The notes beneath the pieces are model-generated. The model made no database searches, was not told the DNA's origin, and saw only the letters and a list, made by a program, of their open reading frames with translations. Below are positions 36,823 to 59,820 of a stretch of DNA of 64,000 nucleotides, piece by piece. Position 1 is the stretch's first letter. Each line of letters starts with the position of its first letter. Source of the stretch: Ylistrum balloti (taxonomy: Eukaryota); assembly GCF_031769215.1 (NCBI RefSeq), contig NW_026781982.1, positions 2,170,001 to 2,234,000 of the forward strand. The letters run 5' to 3'. The position numbers and the translations under genes are program-made.

Positions 36823-39800
36823 TTAATCTGTTCCCATCTTCACTCCTGTGATCTGTGAGGAAAATGAAAAAATAACTTATTTATCTTTTTGCTTGAAAAA
36901 CTTATTGAATGAATGCTTGAGTGTCAAATTTAATACATATCTAACTTACATGCTCATTTAATACTGAATACCTTCAGTTCTCTAAAATCCAACAAGAGTA
37001 TCAGTGAAACTGAAGAATGCTCCCCAAAAACAACTTTTTTGGACCCAATATTTTAACAAAGGGCAATACATGTATTTCTGTAATTAAAGGGTTTCAGGCA
37101 CTGAATTTGTTACATTGTACATGTATATCCTCTTTGAACGTCCAATGTATTCACCAAGTTTCATTACCCTTGCTTATATGAAAGCGAGTTATGTACTTGT
37201 CAAAAACAGTTTTACAAAGGGCAATAACTCTGTAATTGAGAAGCCGAGGCCCTGAATTTGATACACTGCACATCCTCTTAGTATGACCAACGTATACACC
37301 AAGTTTTATACTACTTGCTTAACCGTGGGAAAAGTTTTGCTCCAGACAGAGAAGGATGGATGGAAAGACGGATGGAAAGACAGATGGCAAAGCTCAACTA
37401 TATGCTCCCTTGAAAACATTGAGTTGAGAAATAAATACCCAATCATACTGTACTTACTTGCAAGATAGCAACAATGATTCCAAAGAGACCAATTGCAGTG
37501 GCAAAGATTTCTATAATTAGGAGCTTTACAAAAAGACTGGCATTTTGGGCATCGGCTAAAGCAGCACCAGATCCAACAATTCCAACACTGATCCCACAAG
37601 CAATGTTAGATAATCCTACTGTGAGGCCAGCAGCAAACATCTGGAAACCTAAAACATACAGATAGTTGTAACATTGGGACAATAGATGGAACAATCTGCT
37701 CCTGGCACTTGTATATTATTTGTTTCCTTTAGACCAAAATGGTATGTTTACACAAACAATGAATGTGAAGTTTGAGTTTTTTAATGGATTAATTTGTAAG
37801 TGAAACATCATGAAAGAAGTTTCTGCATATGGTAGACAGTTTTCATTTTGAAAGTTGTCTGAAAAAATACTGAAAGTAAACACTGTTAACTGTCTAACCT
37901 TACCTGCATAATGGGAATCCCTTATAACAGTTTCTGATGCAGTGAGTGGGTCATAAGTCTGAAATATAAGAAAAAAATTTTATCAGGCCCATCAAATACA
38001 ATGTATTCTCTTACAAACTGATATTACTTTTTATTGAAGTGATATTAAACATCAAACCTGGTTTTAACCAATACAAAATGTCTTTTCCTGCAAAAACCTG
38101 GATTTATTCATTTAGACATGTACATCTATGACAATGCCATTTAAGAAAGAATTACAATTGATTTGATTAATTTTTGTGAAGAAAAGTTTGACCTATCAGA
38201 TATAGAGAACAAAAAAGTTAATTACGTGTAGATTCTCTTCAATCTAGAGCTTAACTCTAATATGAGACATACATACATACAGTACAAATTAATCAGAATG
38301 AAGGCATATTTAATGTTTGTCAACATTTAAACACATGAGAGTTGCAGACATTTTTATAGGACAAGACACTTACCCCTAATTGGTTAGCAATGACAATAGC
38401 CATGATGATACCATAGATGGCAACAGCCTCACAGAAGATGATACTGATCAGATTCTTTGTTTTGATACGAGGGGCCTTAACTCCGCCTCCGAGGATGCTC
38501 ACTCCTGTGGTAAATATTCCCCTGTAAAACAATGCCACAAGGATATTCAACATTTCATTTTTGTTCTTCTAGACATGCCATCATATAAATTTTCATGGCG
38601 ATCTTAATTCAATTATTTTCCACTGATTGTGAACCCCAAGTTTTATCTTCTTCGGCCTCATTTTGTGCATATACTTTATGAAATATTCAGTACAATTACT
38701 TACACTCATCTGAATGACTGTAAAATATTGTTGTATTATTATCATATATAGGTTAAGATCCATTCATTCTTGTAATAACATCCTTTAAAATATGTACCTC
38801 AATTTCATTTCATTCTTTTGAGAGGTAATATGTAAATGCTGACAGGTAGTAGGTGTTTTAATATACATCTGGTGCATATACATTTTCTTGGTGTCTACCT
38901 TATGAAATGTTTAAGTTTAAAACTGTGCCTGATAACTACTAACTGGTGTAGAATGGAGTAAGATTGTTTTCATAACTTACCAGGCAGCTCCGACTACTGA
39001 CAAGGAGATTGACAAGCCAATACCTATACTCGCCCACATAAATGGAGAAGTGCTTTCTAGAAACCTGGAAAAAATGAAATGTCAAAGTATTATAATACAT
39101 TACAGACCTCACAATGTTACAATTTAATTACAACTGTGCATAATACATTTTTTTCTTCATCTTTACACTTTTTTTCAATTTCAGTAAATTCCATTTGTTG
39201 AATAAGCAGAATAACTAAAGATTAAAGACAGAAAGTCAGAATTTTATGTGAAACTATTACGTTGACATAATTATGGAACTTTCAAAATGTTAATATGTTT
39301 ATAAAGCTTACCATCCAAAATCAAATCTTGCTCCCTTTCCTGTTAGCATATAATAAAAGGCTGCAAAACAAACAATATAGCATTATGAATGTGTTCACAA
39401 ATACTGTATACTTTAACTAATGTTAGAATTATAATCTGAATTATCCAATGGTAAATAGTCAGCGGATAGTGATAAAAGATATGATTAAACTCCACGATAT
39501 AATGTTAAAAGTGGATAACAGATATAACCTTAAATAATAATGGCTCTTTAATCTAGCACTAGAAAGTAGACATTTAAGTACCGAAAGTAGCAAAAGGTCA
39601 ATAATAAAAATAAGGAAATGAAACTAATTAATGCTCAAATTGTAAACGACCATCAGCAGTTTAGAAATTACTTATCCAGATTGGTATGATTATTCAATAC
39701 TTAATTACACGTTGCATTGATAAAGTTGTAAACACGATTGACATGTTGAACTGTCAAACCCAGGCCAGCTGTGATAATATCAATAAAGGCAACGATGACC

Positions 39801-40124
39801 TCTAATCTTTATAAAAAAAACTGTATTTGATAATGACGAATAAAGACAGTCCGAGTAGGAAAAAGAAAAAATGTTCACATAGACCGCATGCATTCCTGCG
39901 TCACCCAGCTCGGGACCATTTGTCAACAACTGGAGGCCCAAGGGCACTGCCATGTCAGCCATACTCTTACGATCTTTGGCAAATGGACGTGCGTGAACAT
40001 TCAACTCACCTATCACAAGGATTGCCGAAAGAGCCAAGACATAAACAACCGCATACACGGGGTACAGAGAAACCCCCGAAAGTTTCGAGGAAGGCTTCGA
40101 AGGCTGGTAGTCTACGTCTGCCAT
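36823..40124 (-). CDS. ATP6V0B: V-type proton ATPase 21-kDa proteolipid subunit c'', 223 aa, 7 coding exons
   Basis: Exons 40124-40010, 39360-39312, 39064-38981, 38521-38374, 37958-37904, 37648-37458 and 36852-36823 are all GT-AG and total 672 nt in frame. Diagnostic sequences: [76 protein letters not shown]. Confidence 0.96.
36985..37430. mobile_element. Non-autonomous Helentron/HINE-like element in ATP6V0B intron 6
   Basis: AACAAGAG start, two internal AAAGGGCAATA(A)C...ACCAAGTTT subrepeats, and a GGATGGA(A)AGAC microsatellite tail typical of bivalve HINE-like repeats. Boundaries approximate. Confidence 0.55.
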
Positions 40125-40659
40125 CTTTGCTCATATGATTTACCAGGAAATCACGTTGTAGTCTCGTAAAGACCGATAACTCCGACAATTTAACCCAATT
40201 TACAATCAAAGTACTGGAAGTACTGAGAACACAAACGCCAGAAAATATTTTAACTGACTGATGCGAAAGTTCCATGAGCCTTAAACGTTACACAAAATAA
40301 AGAGTTTAAACATCGATCAAAACAGAAAAATGTAATAGTTACAAGGACAAAATTGTATTACTTGAAATTACGTCACCGAATTTTTAAAATATGCATAAAA
40401 TATTCATTATGTAAGATACAGTGATGTAGTGACGTTGGTGATAAAAATTTGAACCAGTTGTTTTTCTCTAAATTTTATAAAATGTTTTGTCCACAATCAG
40501 TGAATGGCTTTGTGAAAAATGTGTTTCTGTACCAAGTTTCCTATATCAGGGAGATCGTGCAATAAGTGTACTTCCAAGGTCACATCACTTGTTTAGAATG
40601 TGGATACAAACCCAGACACTTGACCATGTGATATATACGTCTCTGACTTGACATAGCAA

Positions 40660-41090
40660 ATGTTTAGGTTAACTGAGCCTTTTTCCATCATAAATATTGT
40701 CCGTTTTCTGTTCATTTTTCACAATTTTCCTCTTCTCAAGAATTATTACGGATATTTAAATATATGTATCTTCTCTGTTGGGAGACAAATACATCATAAG
40801 TGACTGATATGGTTGTAATGTCAAAAACCTTCAGAAAAACAGTCAAATTTGTGGTCTCCAGGAGTGGGGGATGTTTTGGCATGGACAAAATACTAATACA
40901 CCAATAAAGTAAATCTTGTATAAAAACACATGTTTTAAAGTTTTTGGAAGTGGTGCAAAGGTTTTATCAACACTTGTCTCTAAAATCTTCAATTTTTGAA
41001 TGGGCCACATCAAAGTTTCGGGAAATAATGTGAAAATCATTTTGATTTAGTTTCAAGGTCACTGGGTCAAAGGTCAGCGAGACTTAAAAG
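40660..41090. mobile_element. Degenerate Helentron/HINE-like repeat upstream of ATP6V0B
   Basis: Family-typical pieces (TTTTCACAATTTTCCTCTTCTCAAGAA, TTTCAAGGTCACTGGGTCAAAGGTCA). Boundaries approximate. Confidence 0.45.
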
Positions 41091-41934
41091 CAGTACATCT
41101 GCTAGTTATTTAGACAATTTGAAACATATTTTTCCATCACACAAAACGCCACATCCTAACCCACACCTTGTCCGACTCTAGAACATGCTGGTTATCTATA
41201 TGCATTCCAATTTTAAGGGTTTTAGGAAATCCAATTACCAAGACATAAATACCTGTTGATGTTGGGATTTGAAATCTTTTCTTCTTGTTATTTATAAAAG
41301 ATCACAGAAAGATAATGATTTTGCCACCATACAGTCACCAGTATTTAGTTGTAGCTATATATGACTGACTCCTTCATTATCTGCTATTACTGTAGTAATA
41401 CCATTTCACTATCAATATATATCAATGATTCTCTGCCAATCATCCTGTCCTAAAATTACAAGGGATCAAATGTATACAGTTTCTAGGAAGATTCCTTCAG
41501 TACTTTTCTTTGGGTTGTGAGTAGAGGTACATTAATATCTATATGTAGTACATTTTAAGGGAAAAATAATAATAAAATGTTTTTGCAGGATGAAAATTAA
41601 ATATTGAAATAATGTAACACATAGTTGTATTCAACCACTTAGTATTAATAATGTGTAAACGAAGTATGCAAGATACATGAATACCCATTAGAATAAAACA
41701 AGTAATTAAGATTTGAGGGGCGTTTGACCGTACTTTGTGGATTATTGATATGGGAACTTCATCACCGGGGTATATATTAAGAGAGAAATAATTCAACAAA
41801 ACAAGCCTTTAATCCATTTAACTGACATTTAATCAACAATGTTTAAAATAACCTAAATTTAGTGTATACACTCTATCTTTGTGTAACTCCACTATGTATT
41901 ACGTTTGATTCGTCCAGAGGACAATGGAATTCCT

Positions 41935-42920
41935 AAATTTATTGTGACAGGATGTGTACAATGTCAGTAAGTCAGCAGATGTCTCAGAAATTTATCGTGA
42001 CAGGATGTGTACAATGTCAGTAAGTCAGCAGATGTCTCAGAAATTTATCGTGACAGGATGTGTACAATGCAGCAGACAGTAAGTCAGCAGACGTCTCAGA
42101 AATTTATCGTGACAGGATGTGTACAATGCAGCAGACCGTAAGTCAGCAGATGTCTCAGAAATTTATCGTGACAGGATGTGTACAATGCAGCAGACAGTAA
42201 GTCAGCAGATGTCTCAGAAATTTATTGTGACAGGATGTGTACAATGTCAGTAAGTCAGCAGATGTCTCAGAAATTTATCGTGACAGGATGTGTACAATGC
42301 AGCAGACAGTAAGTCAGCAGATGTCTCAGAAATTTATCGTGACAGGATGTGTACAATGCAGCAGACAGTAAGTCAGCAGATGTCTCAGAAATTTATCGTG
42401 ACAGGATGTGTACAATGCAGCAGACAGGAAGTCAGCAGATGTCTCAGAAGTTTATCGTGACAGGATGTGTACAATGCAGCAGACAGGAAGTCAGCATGTC
42501 TCAGATTTATCGTGACAGGATGTGTACAATGCAGCAGACAGGAAGTCAGCAGATGTCTCAGAAATTTATCGTGACAGGATGTGTACAATGCAGCAGACAG
42601 GAAGTCAGCAGATGTCTCAGAAATTTATCGTGACAGGATGTGTACAATGCAGCAGACAGGAAGTCAGCAGATGTCTCAGAAATTTATCGTGACAGGATGT
42701 GTACAATGCAGCAGACAGGAAGTCATCAGATGTCTCAGAAATTTATCGTGACAGGATGTGTACAATGCAGCAGACAGTAAGTCAGCAGATGTCTCAGAAA
42801 TTTATCGTGACAGGATGTGTACAATGCAGCAGACAGTAAGTCAGCAGATGTCTTAGAAATTTATCGTGACAGGATGTGTACAATGCAGCAGACAATAAGT
42901 CAGCAGATGTCTCAGAAATT
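41935..42920. repeat. 59-bp minisatellite, about 16 copies
   Basis: Unit ATCGTGACAGGATGTGTACAATGCAGCAGACAGTAAGTCAGCAGATGTCTCAGAAATTT; one-base shift per 60-nt line. Confidence 0.96.
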
Positions 42921-44380
42921 GATGTTATCAATCTGTATAATACAAATCAAAGAACTGGTATATCTTAATCAAGAAAAATGTGGAAATAAATATTGATCTA
43001 CAATTAATTTGTATATCAGAAAGGATGACAGCTTGTGTAAATAAATGAAATGCTAAGAAGATACATTTTTAAACCATTAAAATCTGCCGAATTTGTTTTA
43101 CATATGTACAGAAGGATCATTACACTTAAATGATAACCACTATTGATAAGTGAATCGTACTGATTTCCATTCTGTTTATATGGCCATATTTTCTTGTTTT
43201 CAACATGTGATATTTACTTGTTTTATTTGTGGGGCTGTCCACCTTTTTTCTTTCATTTTAACTTGTGCCCAATCCACTCATCAGTTTTTGGCAAATACAC
43301 CTTACATCAACCAAATACATATTAATTACGATAGATAACAGCTTATCTGCTTGTAATGGAATAATAACACGATCATTTAGTAAATATAAACTGGTACCAG
43401 ATAGACATGTTTGTGACATCCTTCTTGTAGCATTTGAATTCTCTGAGAAAATTATCTAACCACAACATCAGTGATGTTAACTTGTATACATCAACAGAAA
43501 ACAACGCTCATTCCTGCTCCTTTGTTAGAGCGAGACACAAGTCCAAGATCTCGATGACATTCCTACATAACACAAGACAACAGACAAGAGACATTAAAGA
43601 CACTTTAATTATCCATCTGGCTTTTACAATAATGATTAACAATGTCAAATGGAATCATCAATTGTTGACAATGTAGTGTTTATATGGTTATAAACATTTT
43701 ACATTGTGTCCAGTTTACAGGGACACAATCATAATATATCACAGTAGAAAATATAAACGCCAGAATTTTGTGATACACAATGATAAATGAAGATTCTAAG
43801 ACTCTGAAAAGGTGTTTTTGTTGTTTTTTTTTTTCATTTGAAACAATTAAGACTAACAACAAAAAAGTTAAAAAGCAGTTTTTTTTTCAAATGGACTAAC
43901 CAGATATGGAATTGGTACTCCATAAGGTCTGAAACGTTATGTCTTAATCAATGAGTGCTGCCTTGATTAATTGGCAGGACAAGAATGATACATAAAAGTT
44001 GGAGGAATCAAAAGCTTTCATTGCCCAGCAGATACATTCTGTATGCAGACCATTGGCGTTTTAGGTAAGAAATGTACCGCGTGAAATGTGTTTGTAGTGA
44101 TTTTATTGAATTCATCAGACCAATAACAGATATAAAAATGTCTTTTATCAAATGTTTTAACTTTTTAATTTCTATGTTTGAATTTTGATCAAACACCTGG
44201 ATAATGATTATGACACAAACTTTGACTTTGTAGAAAGAGCCAGGATTTTGCTTTACATGCTGACCAGCATATGTAATTTACATAGAAACCAATGGATCAA
44301 GCTCATATATAGGCCTCCAGTTATAACATGATATGTCCATAAGAAAACCAATTAAAGAACTAAGGTCCTATCACCACTTC

Positions 44381-44640
44381 TCAAAATTGGACCTTATATG
44401 TAAATCTTTTGTATTCAAAAGTCTTATATTTATCAAAATTGGACCTTATATGTTAATCTTTTGCATCCAAAAGCCTTATTTTTATCAAAATTGGACCTTA
44501 TATGTTAATCTCTTGTATTCAAAAGTCTTATTTTTATCAAAATTGGACCTTATATGTTAATCTCTTGTATCCAAAAGTCTTATTTTTATCAAAATTGGAC
44601 CTTATATGTTAATCTCTTGTATCCAAAAGTCTTATTATGA
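44381..44640. repeat. 52-bp minisatellite, about 5 copies
   Basis: Unit TCAAAATTGGACCTTATATGTTAATCTCTTGTATCCAAAAGTCTTATTTTTA. Confidence 0.9.
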
Positions 44641-46584
44641 TCAAGATTTGACAATGTTCACACAGGGATCTACCAATCTATCTTTACAGCTGTAGTACTG
44701 TCAGAGAAATTGACTAAAACACAAACAAAAATGGCTAATGCAAAAAAAGGAATCTTATATCTTATTGTTCATATTATTTTAAACTTCATACAAAAATTTA
44801 GGTAATTTTAAATCAATGACTATGAAAACCTGGACTGGTGTTCCCCAGACTCGAGTATACATCATGAGAGGCAAGACCAATACAAAACCAATAAAAATAC
44901 TTATTATTTTCACATTCTGTCTTTTTCAAAAATGACCAATTTTCTGGTTGTTTTAGCAATGTCTGAAATAATGATTATACAATGGAAAGTTTAGAATATA
45001 ATTATTTTTCCTGGTCAGATTTCCTTGTTGATAAATAGGACCACAAAAACAACAGAAGTTTTACAGAAACAACAAATAAGAGAACAGAAAGTTCAAGGAT
45101 ACCGTCAGTTTATAACAGAATATTATGTCTTTTGACAACTTTTAACAACAATATGAATTCAAGAAAACAATGTTTATTCTTATATTGTTAAATCTGAATA
45201 AGATTTGAAATTTCCAATTGAAGGTACCACTACTATCATTATATGTATTATTCGAAAATGACTTAGTCTGTAGAGGTTCCTATATGATATTCAAATGAAA
45301 CAGTAAGTAATAGTCAACTCACAATGTTATCAATGCGTTTGTTTCCTTTGGCTTCACATTATATATAAATTATCATACAAAACAGAATCATAATACTGAC
45401 ATAAACAATTACAATAAAACACATCTCACATTAAAGTTCCCTTTCATTAGGACCTAAACCTTCATGAAACTACAATTGTAATAAAAAGCTGAAAGAATCC
45501 AATGAGGTTTGAAACAGAAACATTGCATCCTTTTCTAGTTCTAGAGATGAAAAGCATGTAACCAACAAACCAACCCAACCAACTAAGAATTTTCCTATGA
45601 TGTTCAACATTCATTTCTCAATACACCAAGCATATTCCCTGACTTGAGGGATATCAGTCATCTGTCTTACTACTGAATATATACTTGGCTATTATACCCA
45701 ATGAGAACCTTTAAAATCCCTGATGTACATCTTGGTTAACTTAAGGTTACACTCTGCCTACTCTTATTATGATGGGTTCCAGCAGGTTGTAACCTTTGGC
45801 TACCAAACATGCTGATAAAATGCATACAATCATGTATGGTGATTTTCATTTGTTACACATGTATATGTTGTATGAATAATGACACACACATACATAAATG
45901 AAACGTTTGTTACACATGTTCTAATTTTAACACAGTTATATATCCATGCATTTAAGACAGATGTTGTTTCTTTCAAATTCACACAAGCACCCAGCATATT
46001 CTACATATGTAACCTTACATGATGCTAACCAATTTCAAGTTTTAGAAAATGTGATGATACAAGTTATCTACAGTACATAATGTAGAAATTGTTTTGTGGA
46101 TCCTTCTGGTTAAATGTAAAGTAGCTTAATAAGACGACAATATCGAAAATGAAATCAATAAATATTTAAATTTAGAAACTGTTTACACAGCTTCAATTAT
46201 ATAATTCTTCCCCGATATTATTACACCTACTATGTACAACACTAGATATTACAAGTTTGTCGTGAATACTTAAACAACACACACTATAGCGACACTGAGG
46301 CCACCATATACCAACAACTATTGGGTATATCTCTGTACACACTAAATATGAACACAAATCACCTTCAACTTGTAATTTATGTGTTCATCATTTCACTTTG
46401 AACAGTCAACAGGTGCTTCAATCAATGACTTTGCCACCATGAAAAAAATCTACTATTCTAACAAATGAGATCAAACTTTGTTATTTCTGAGAAAACTGAG
46501 AAAAAATAGTGTTGAATTTATTTAAACACCTATCATATACTTATAAGTATGATATACATTTGTGCCAGCCAGCATACAAACTTA

Positions 46585-48175
46585 TAAATTGTACCAACAT
46601 CACATTCTCAGATATATTTATATATCCAGCACACCCTGTAATATCCTGTCACTCCAAATTGTACCAACATCACATTCTCAGATATATTTATATATCCAGC
46701 ACACCCTGTAATATCCTGTCACTCCAAATTGTACCAACATCACATTCTCAGATATATTTATATATCCAGCACACACACTGTAATATCCTGTCACTCCAAA
46801 TTGTACCAACATCACATTCTCAGATATATTTATATATCCAGCACACACACTGTAATATCCTACCACTCCAAATTGTACCAACATCACATTCTCAGATATA
46901 TTTATATATCCAGCACACACACTGTAATATCCTACCACTCCAAATTGTACCAACATCACATTCTCAGATATATTTATATATCCAGCACACTGTAATATCC
47001 TACCACTCCAAATTGTACCAACATCACATTCTCAGATATATTTATATATCCAGCACACACACTGTAATATCCTGTCACTCCAAATTGTACCAACATCACA
47101 TTCTCAGATATATTTATATATCCAGCACACCCTGTAATATCCTACCACTCCAAATTGTACCAACATTACATTCTCAGATATATTTATATATCCAGCACAC
47201 TGTAATATCCTACCACTCACATTCCAGATATATTTATATATTGTAATATCCTGTCAACATTGTACCAACATCACATTCTCAGATATATTTATATATCCAG
47301 CATACCCTATAATATCCTACCACTCCAAATTGTACCAACATCACATTCTCAGATATATTTATATATCCAGCACACCCTGTAATATCCTACCACTCCAAAT
47401 TGTACCAACACATTCTCAGATATATTTATATATCCAGCCACTGTAATATCCTACACAAATTTTACCAACATCACATTCTCAGATATATTTATATATCCAG
47501 CACACACCCTGTAATATCCTACCACTCCAAATTGTACCAACATCACATTCTCAGATATATTTATATATCCAGCACACACCCTATAATATCCTACCACTCC
47601 AAATTGTACCAACATCACATTCTCAGATATATTTATATATCCAGCACACACACTGTAATATCCTGTCACTCAAAATTGTACCAACATCACATTCTCAGAT
47701 ATATTTATATATCCAGCACACCCTGTAATATCCTACCACTTCAAATTGTACCAACATTACATTCTCAGATATATTTATATATCCAGCACACTGTAATATC
47801 CTACCACTCCAAATTGTACCAACATCACATTCTCAGATATATTTATATATCCAGCACACACCCTGTAATATCCTACCACTTCAAATCGTACCAACATCAC
47901 ATTCTCAGATATATTTATATATCCAGCACACACCCTATAATATCCTACCACTCCAAATTGTACCAACATCACATTCTCAGATATATTTATATATCCAGCA
48001 CACACACTGTAATATCCTGTCACCCCAAATTTTACCAACATCACATTCTCAGATATATTTATATATCCAGCACACACCCTGTAATATCCTACCACTCCAA
48101 ATCGTACCAACATCACATTCTCAGATATATTTATATATCCAGCACACTGTAATATCCTATCACTCCAAATTTTAC
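46585..48175. repeat. ~70-bp minisatellite (68-72-bp variants), about 23 copies, 3' of RNF121
   Basis: Unit TTGTACCAACATCACATTCTCAGATATATTTATATATCCAGCACACCCTGTAATATCCTACCACTCCAAA. Confidence 0.95.
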
Positions 48176-48848
48176 ACAGGATACCAGTACACAAGTTAAT
48201 TACTATAACTAAATACATATTCCCATAAATAACATGACCTTCAACATGTTTGAAGAACAAACATGTAATTAACATGAAAATATGAATTTCTCATACAAGG
48301 CATTTGTTGTTCATTTTCATAACAAATAATGAATGTCCCTGTTGTTTAAATTTTTTTCAGATAACCGATAAGATTCTACAGAAAGAAATTAGTGTCAGCA
48401 TGATCATCGAGTTTCATGTAGTTGATTATTGTTAAATACTGTCATGCCATGATTGATGATCAATTTACAAACCATCCTTTCATTCCTTGGCTTTTTTCTC
48501 TCAATTATCCTATGGCAGTGGATAATGAAAATATTGAGTTTGTTCATGGATTTATAATACAACATTCAGAGGTGCTCTCTATTATACATACCATTCAATA
48601 TATTTTATTTATGAAAAATTTATACATATGAATATTCAGATATATATATATATTTCTACAGCTTTATTTAAGCAATGGCAAATATATCAGTAAGAGTGAG
48701 ATAAGCCTGAATACCAATATTTTTTTAATGATAACATTGTGATGAAAAAAGCAACAAAAAATTTACATTTTTTAATTTAACAAAATATCATTCTTATACA
48801 CCATTGGTCATTGAGATCACATACACACACACTTTTGGAATAAATTAT

Positions 48849-57271
<8,423 letters not shown>

Positions 57272-57554
57272 GTTGGAAATGTCATTACTGCGAGGACATC
57301 TATGGACTGTGTGCTAAAGTTACAGGAACGATAACTAGGGTTTATAAAGAAAGTTTCGGGTGGAAATAAACAAATAGAAGGCATACATAAGATGAAATGC
57401 ATCGCCTAATGCAGAAATACAATTTGAATACATAGGAGATTACAATCAGTTACAACTATCATCAATTCAATGTACAAAGAATCAATTTGAACAAGTGGTG
57501 TGTCGGATAAGGAGGACCATAGCACAACAATCTAATTTACTGGCAAATATAGTT

Positions 57555-59820
57555 AAGGCTTTTCTGGGTAAAGCCCTATTGTTATTGTTCAGTTTCTTAT
57601 TAGGTCTTTTCTGTAAAAGACGTATTGTTATTGTTCAGTTTCTCACCCAAAGGTGAAAAGACCTATTGTTATTGTTCAGTTTCTCACCCAAAGGTGAAAA
57701 GCCCTATTGTTATTGTTAAGTTTCTTATTCTTCTTATTCTTCTTTTATTCTTCCGTATTTTGTGGAGTCTCTGTCTTTAGATGAGTGAAAGAAAGGTTGA
57801 TGGTTTTGTTAGTATGTTTATAAATAAGGTCTGAAGGTGTTACAGGAACATTTTCAAATAGGTCAAATATCCAATATGGCCGCCATGACGTCATAAGTTA
57901 AAAACAGAAAAATGGCAATATCCCGAAAACCATTGATTGTACAGAGTTTGTGCAATAATATTATATGTAGAGAATTGCCATATTCAACTTTTTCTCATGC
58001 CATATTAATTAAAAAATCAAATAAAAAAAACTCGTTGTGGGGTAAAATTTTCAAATTTTAACAATTTTTTTCTTTTTTTTTTTTTTTACAATTTTGAATT
58101 TTCTTGAAATTTTCATCTTCAGATCGATGCAGAACGTCCTTCCGATAAATTTAGAGTTTTCAGTTCATCTGAAACGTTTACCATTTCCGCTGTACGCCAT
58201 TTTGAAAATTTTCTGTGATCTTTTAAAAATGCCGACAAATAGGAAAAACTTGTTCTAGATCAATATTGATGGGCTATATTTTATCAAATTGTTACTGAGA
58301 AGATTTTCCAAGATGTCTTCTACAATTGAGTGACATTTACAAATTCATCAGAAAAACAAAATGGCCGTCAGAACGTCATTTCCGATTTTACCTAAAATGC
58401 CGTAACTCAAGAACTATTTAAGCTAGTGACCTCAGTTTTAATCATATTATGTAAATTAAAAAGAAAACAATTTCCACAAGAAAAAAACTGGAATCAAAGG
58501 TCAACTTCCAGTTTTCGGTAGGGGTCAAATTTCAAAAGTGTTATTTTCAGTTACAAACTTTGACAAACTTCTTCTCAAGTTCTGCAAAGTCTTGATATTT
58601 CACGTGTAAGATGTCTGTTTAATTATCTATCAAGTTTGTTAATATAAATGACATTGACCCGCTTTCAAGGTCACAGGGGTCAATTATGTAAGAATCGTTA
58701 AATGGTAATTTCTCCATTGTTATGCTGCCAAAAGTCTTCAACTTTCGACATAAATATTCTGTGGACATTTCCTGTCGATTGATATAAGAGAAACGTACCT
58801 CAAAATTCAACTTACGGTTTGCGGTAGGGGGTCAAAGTTGAAAAGTGCTATTAAGGGTACCAATCTTTGAAAAACTTCTCCTCAAGTTCTGAAAGGCCTA
58901 GAGGCTCTATATTTCACCTATATGAAGCATATGTAACTTGGCAACAAAGTTTGATAATAAAAATGACCTTGACCCACTTTCAAGGTCACAGAGGTCAATT
59001 AACTAAGAATCGTTAAATGAGAGTTTCTCACTTTCTAGATGGCACAAAATGATGAAAATAGATTATAAACCTTCTGTGGACACTTCCTATTGATTGTCTT
59101 AAGAAAAACTTCCCTAAAAGTTCAACTTCCGGTTTTTGGTAGGGCACAAATTTGGAAAGAGCTAATTAGGTTACCAAACTTTGAAAAACTTCTTCTCAAG
59201 TTCTGGAAGGCCTAGATGCTTGATATTTCACATATAAGAAGCATATGTAACTGGCAACAAAGTTGATAATATAAATGACCTTGACCCACTTTCAAGGTCA
59301 CAAATGTCAATTAACTAAAAATCGTTAAATGACAGTTTCTCAATTTCTAGAAGGCACACAATGATGAAAATTAATGATAACTTCCTAGTGATTATTATAA
59401 GAAAAAATCCCTCAAAATGTCAACTTCCGGTTTTTGGTAGGGAACAAATATACACAATAGGGTACCAGTGTTCAACAATCTTCTTGTCAAGTTTCACAAG
59501 GTCTAGAGTACTAATATTGGAGATATATTGATCATCTGATGTTACATTATAAGGCTTGCAAATATGAATAACCTTGACCTACATTCAAGGTCACAGGGGT
59601 CAAATATGTTTGAACCTTTAAAAAGTGTATTTCTTCGTTATTATGTAGTTATATCTCCTTGACGTTTCAAGATACGAAGTTCATCTTTGGATATGTCGTA
59701 GAGACTAATAAACAAGGAATCCTTCTCATATATTGTTATAAGGATAAATGTCAACTTCCGGTCAACTTGTCGCCAAAGAAGTGAAAAGCCCGCAAAATTG
59801 TTAACAACAGTTTCTAGTTG
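57555..59820 (+). mobile_element. Helentron/HINE-like non-autonomous element upstream of RNF121
   Basis: Reiterated start (GAAAAGACCTATTGTTATTGTTCAGTTTCT), a (TTC/TTA) microsatellite, and ~300-bp internal repeats containing GACCTTGACCCACTTTCAAGGTCACA. It ends GTGAAAAGCCCGC...TTTCTAGTT. Confidence 0.7.

Noticed and set aside
40130-40640. CLEAR/TFEB element in the ATP6V0B promoter
   Set aside because: No TCACGTGA found; only partial E-box and CRE-like words.
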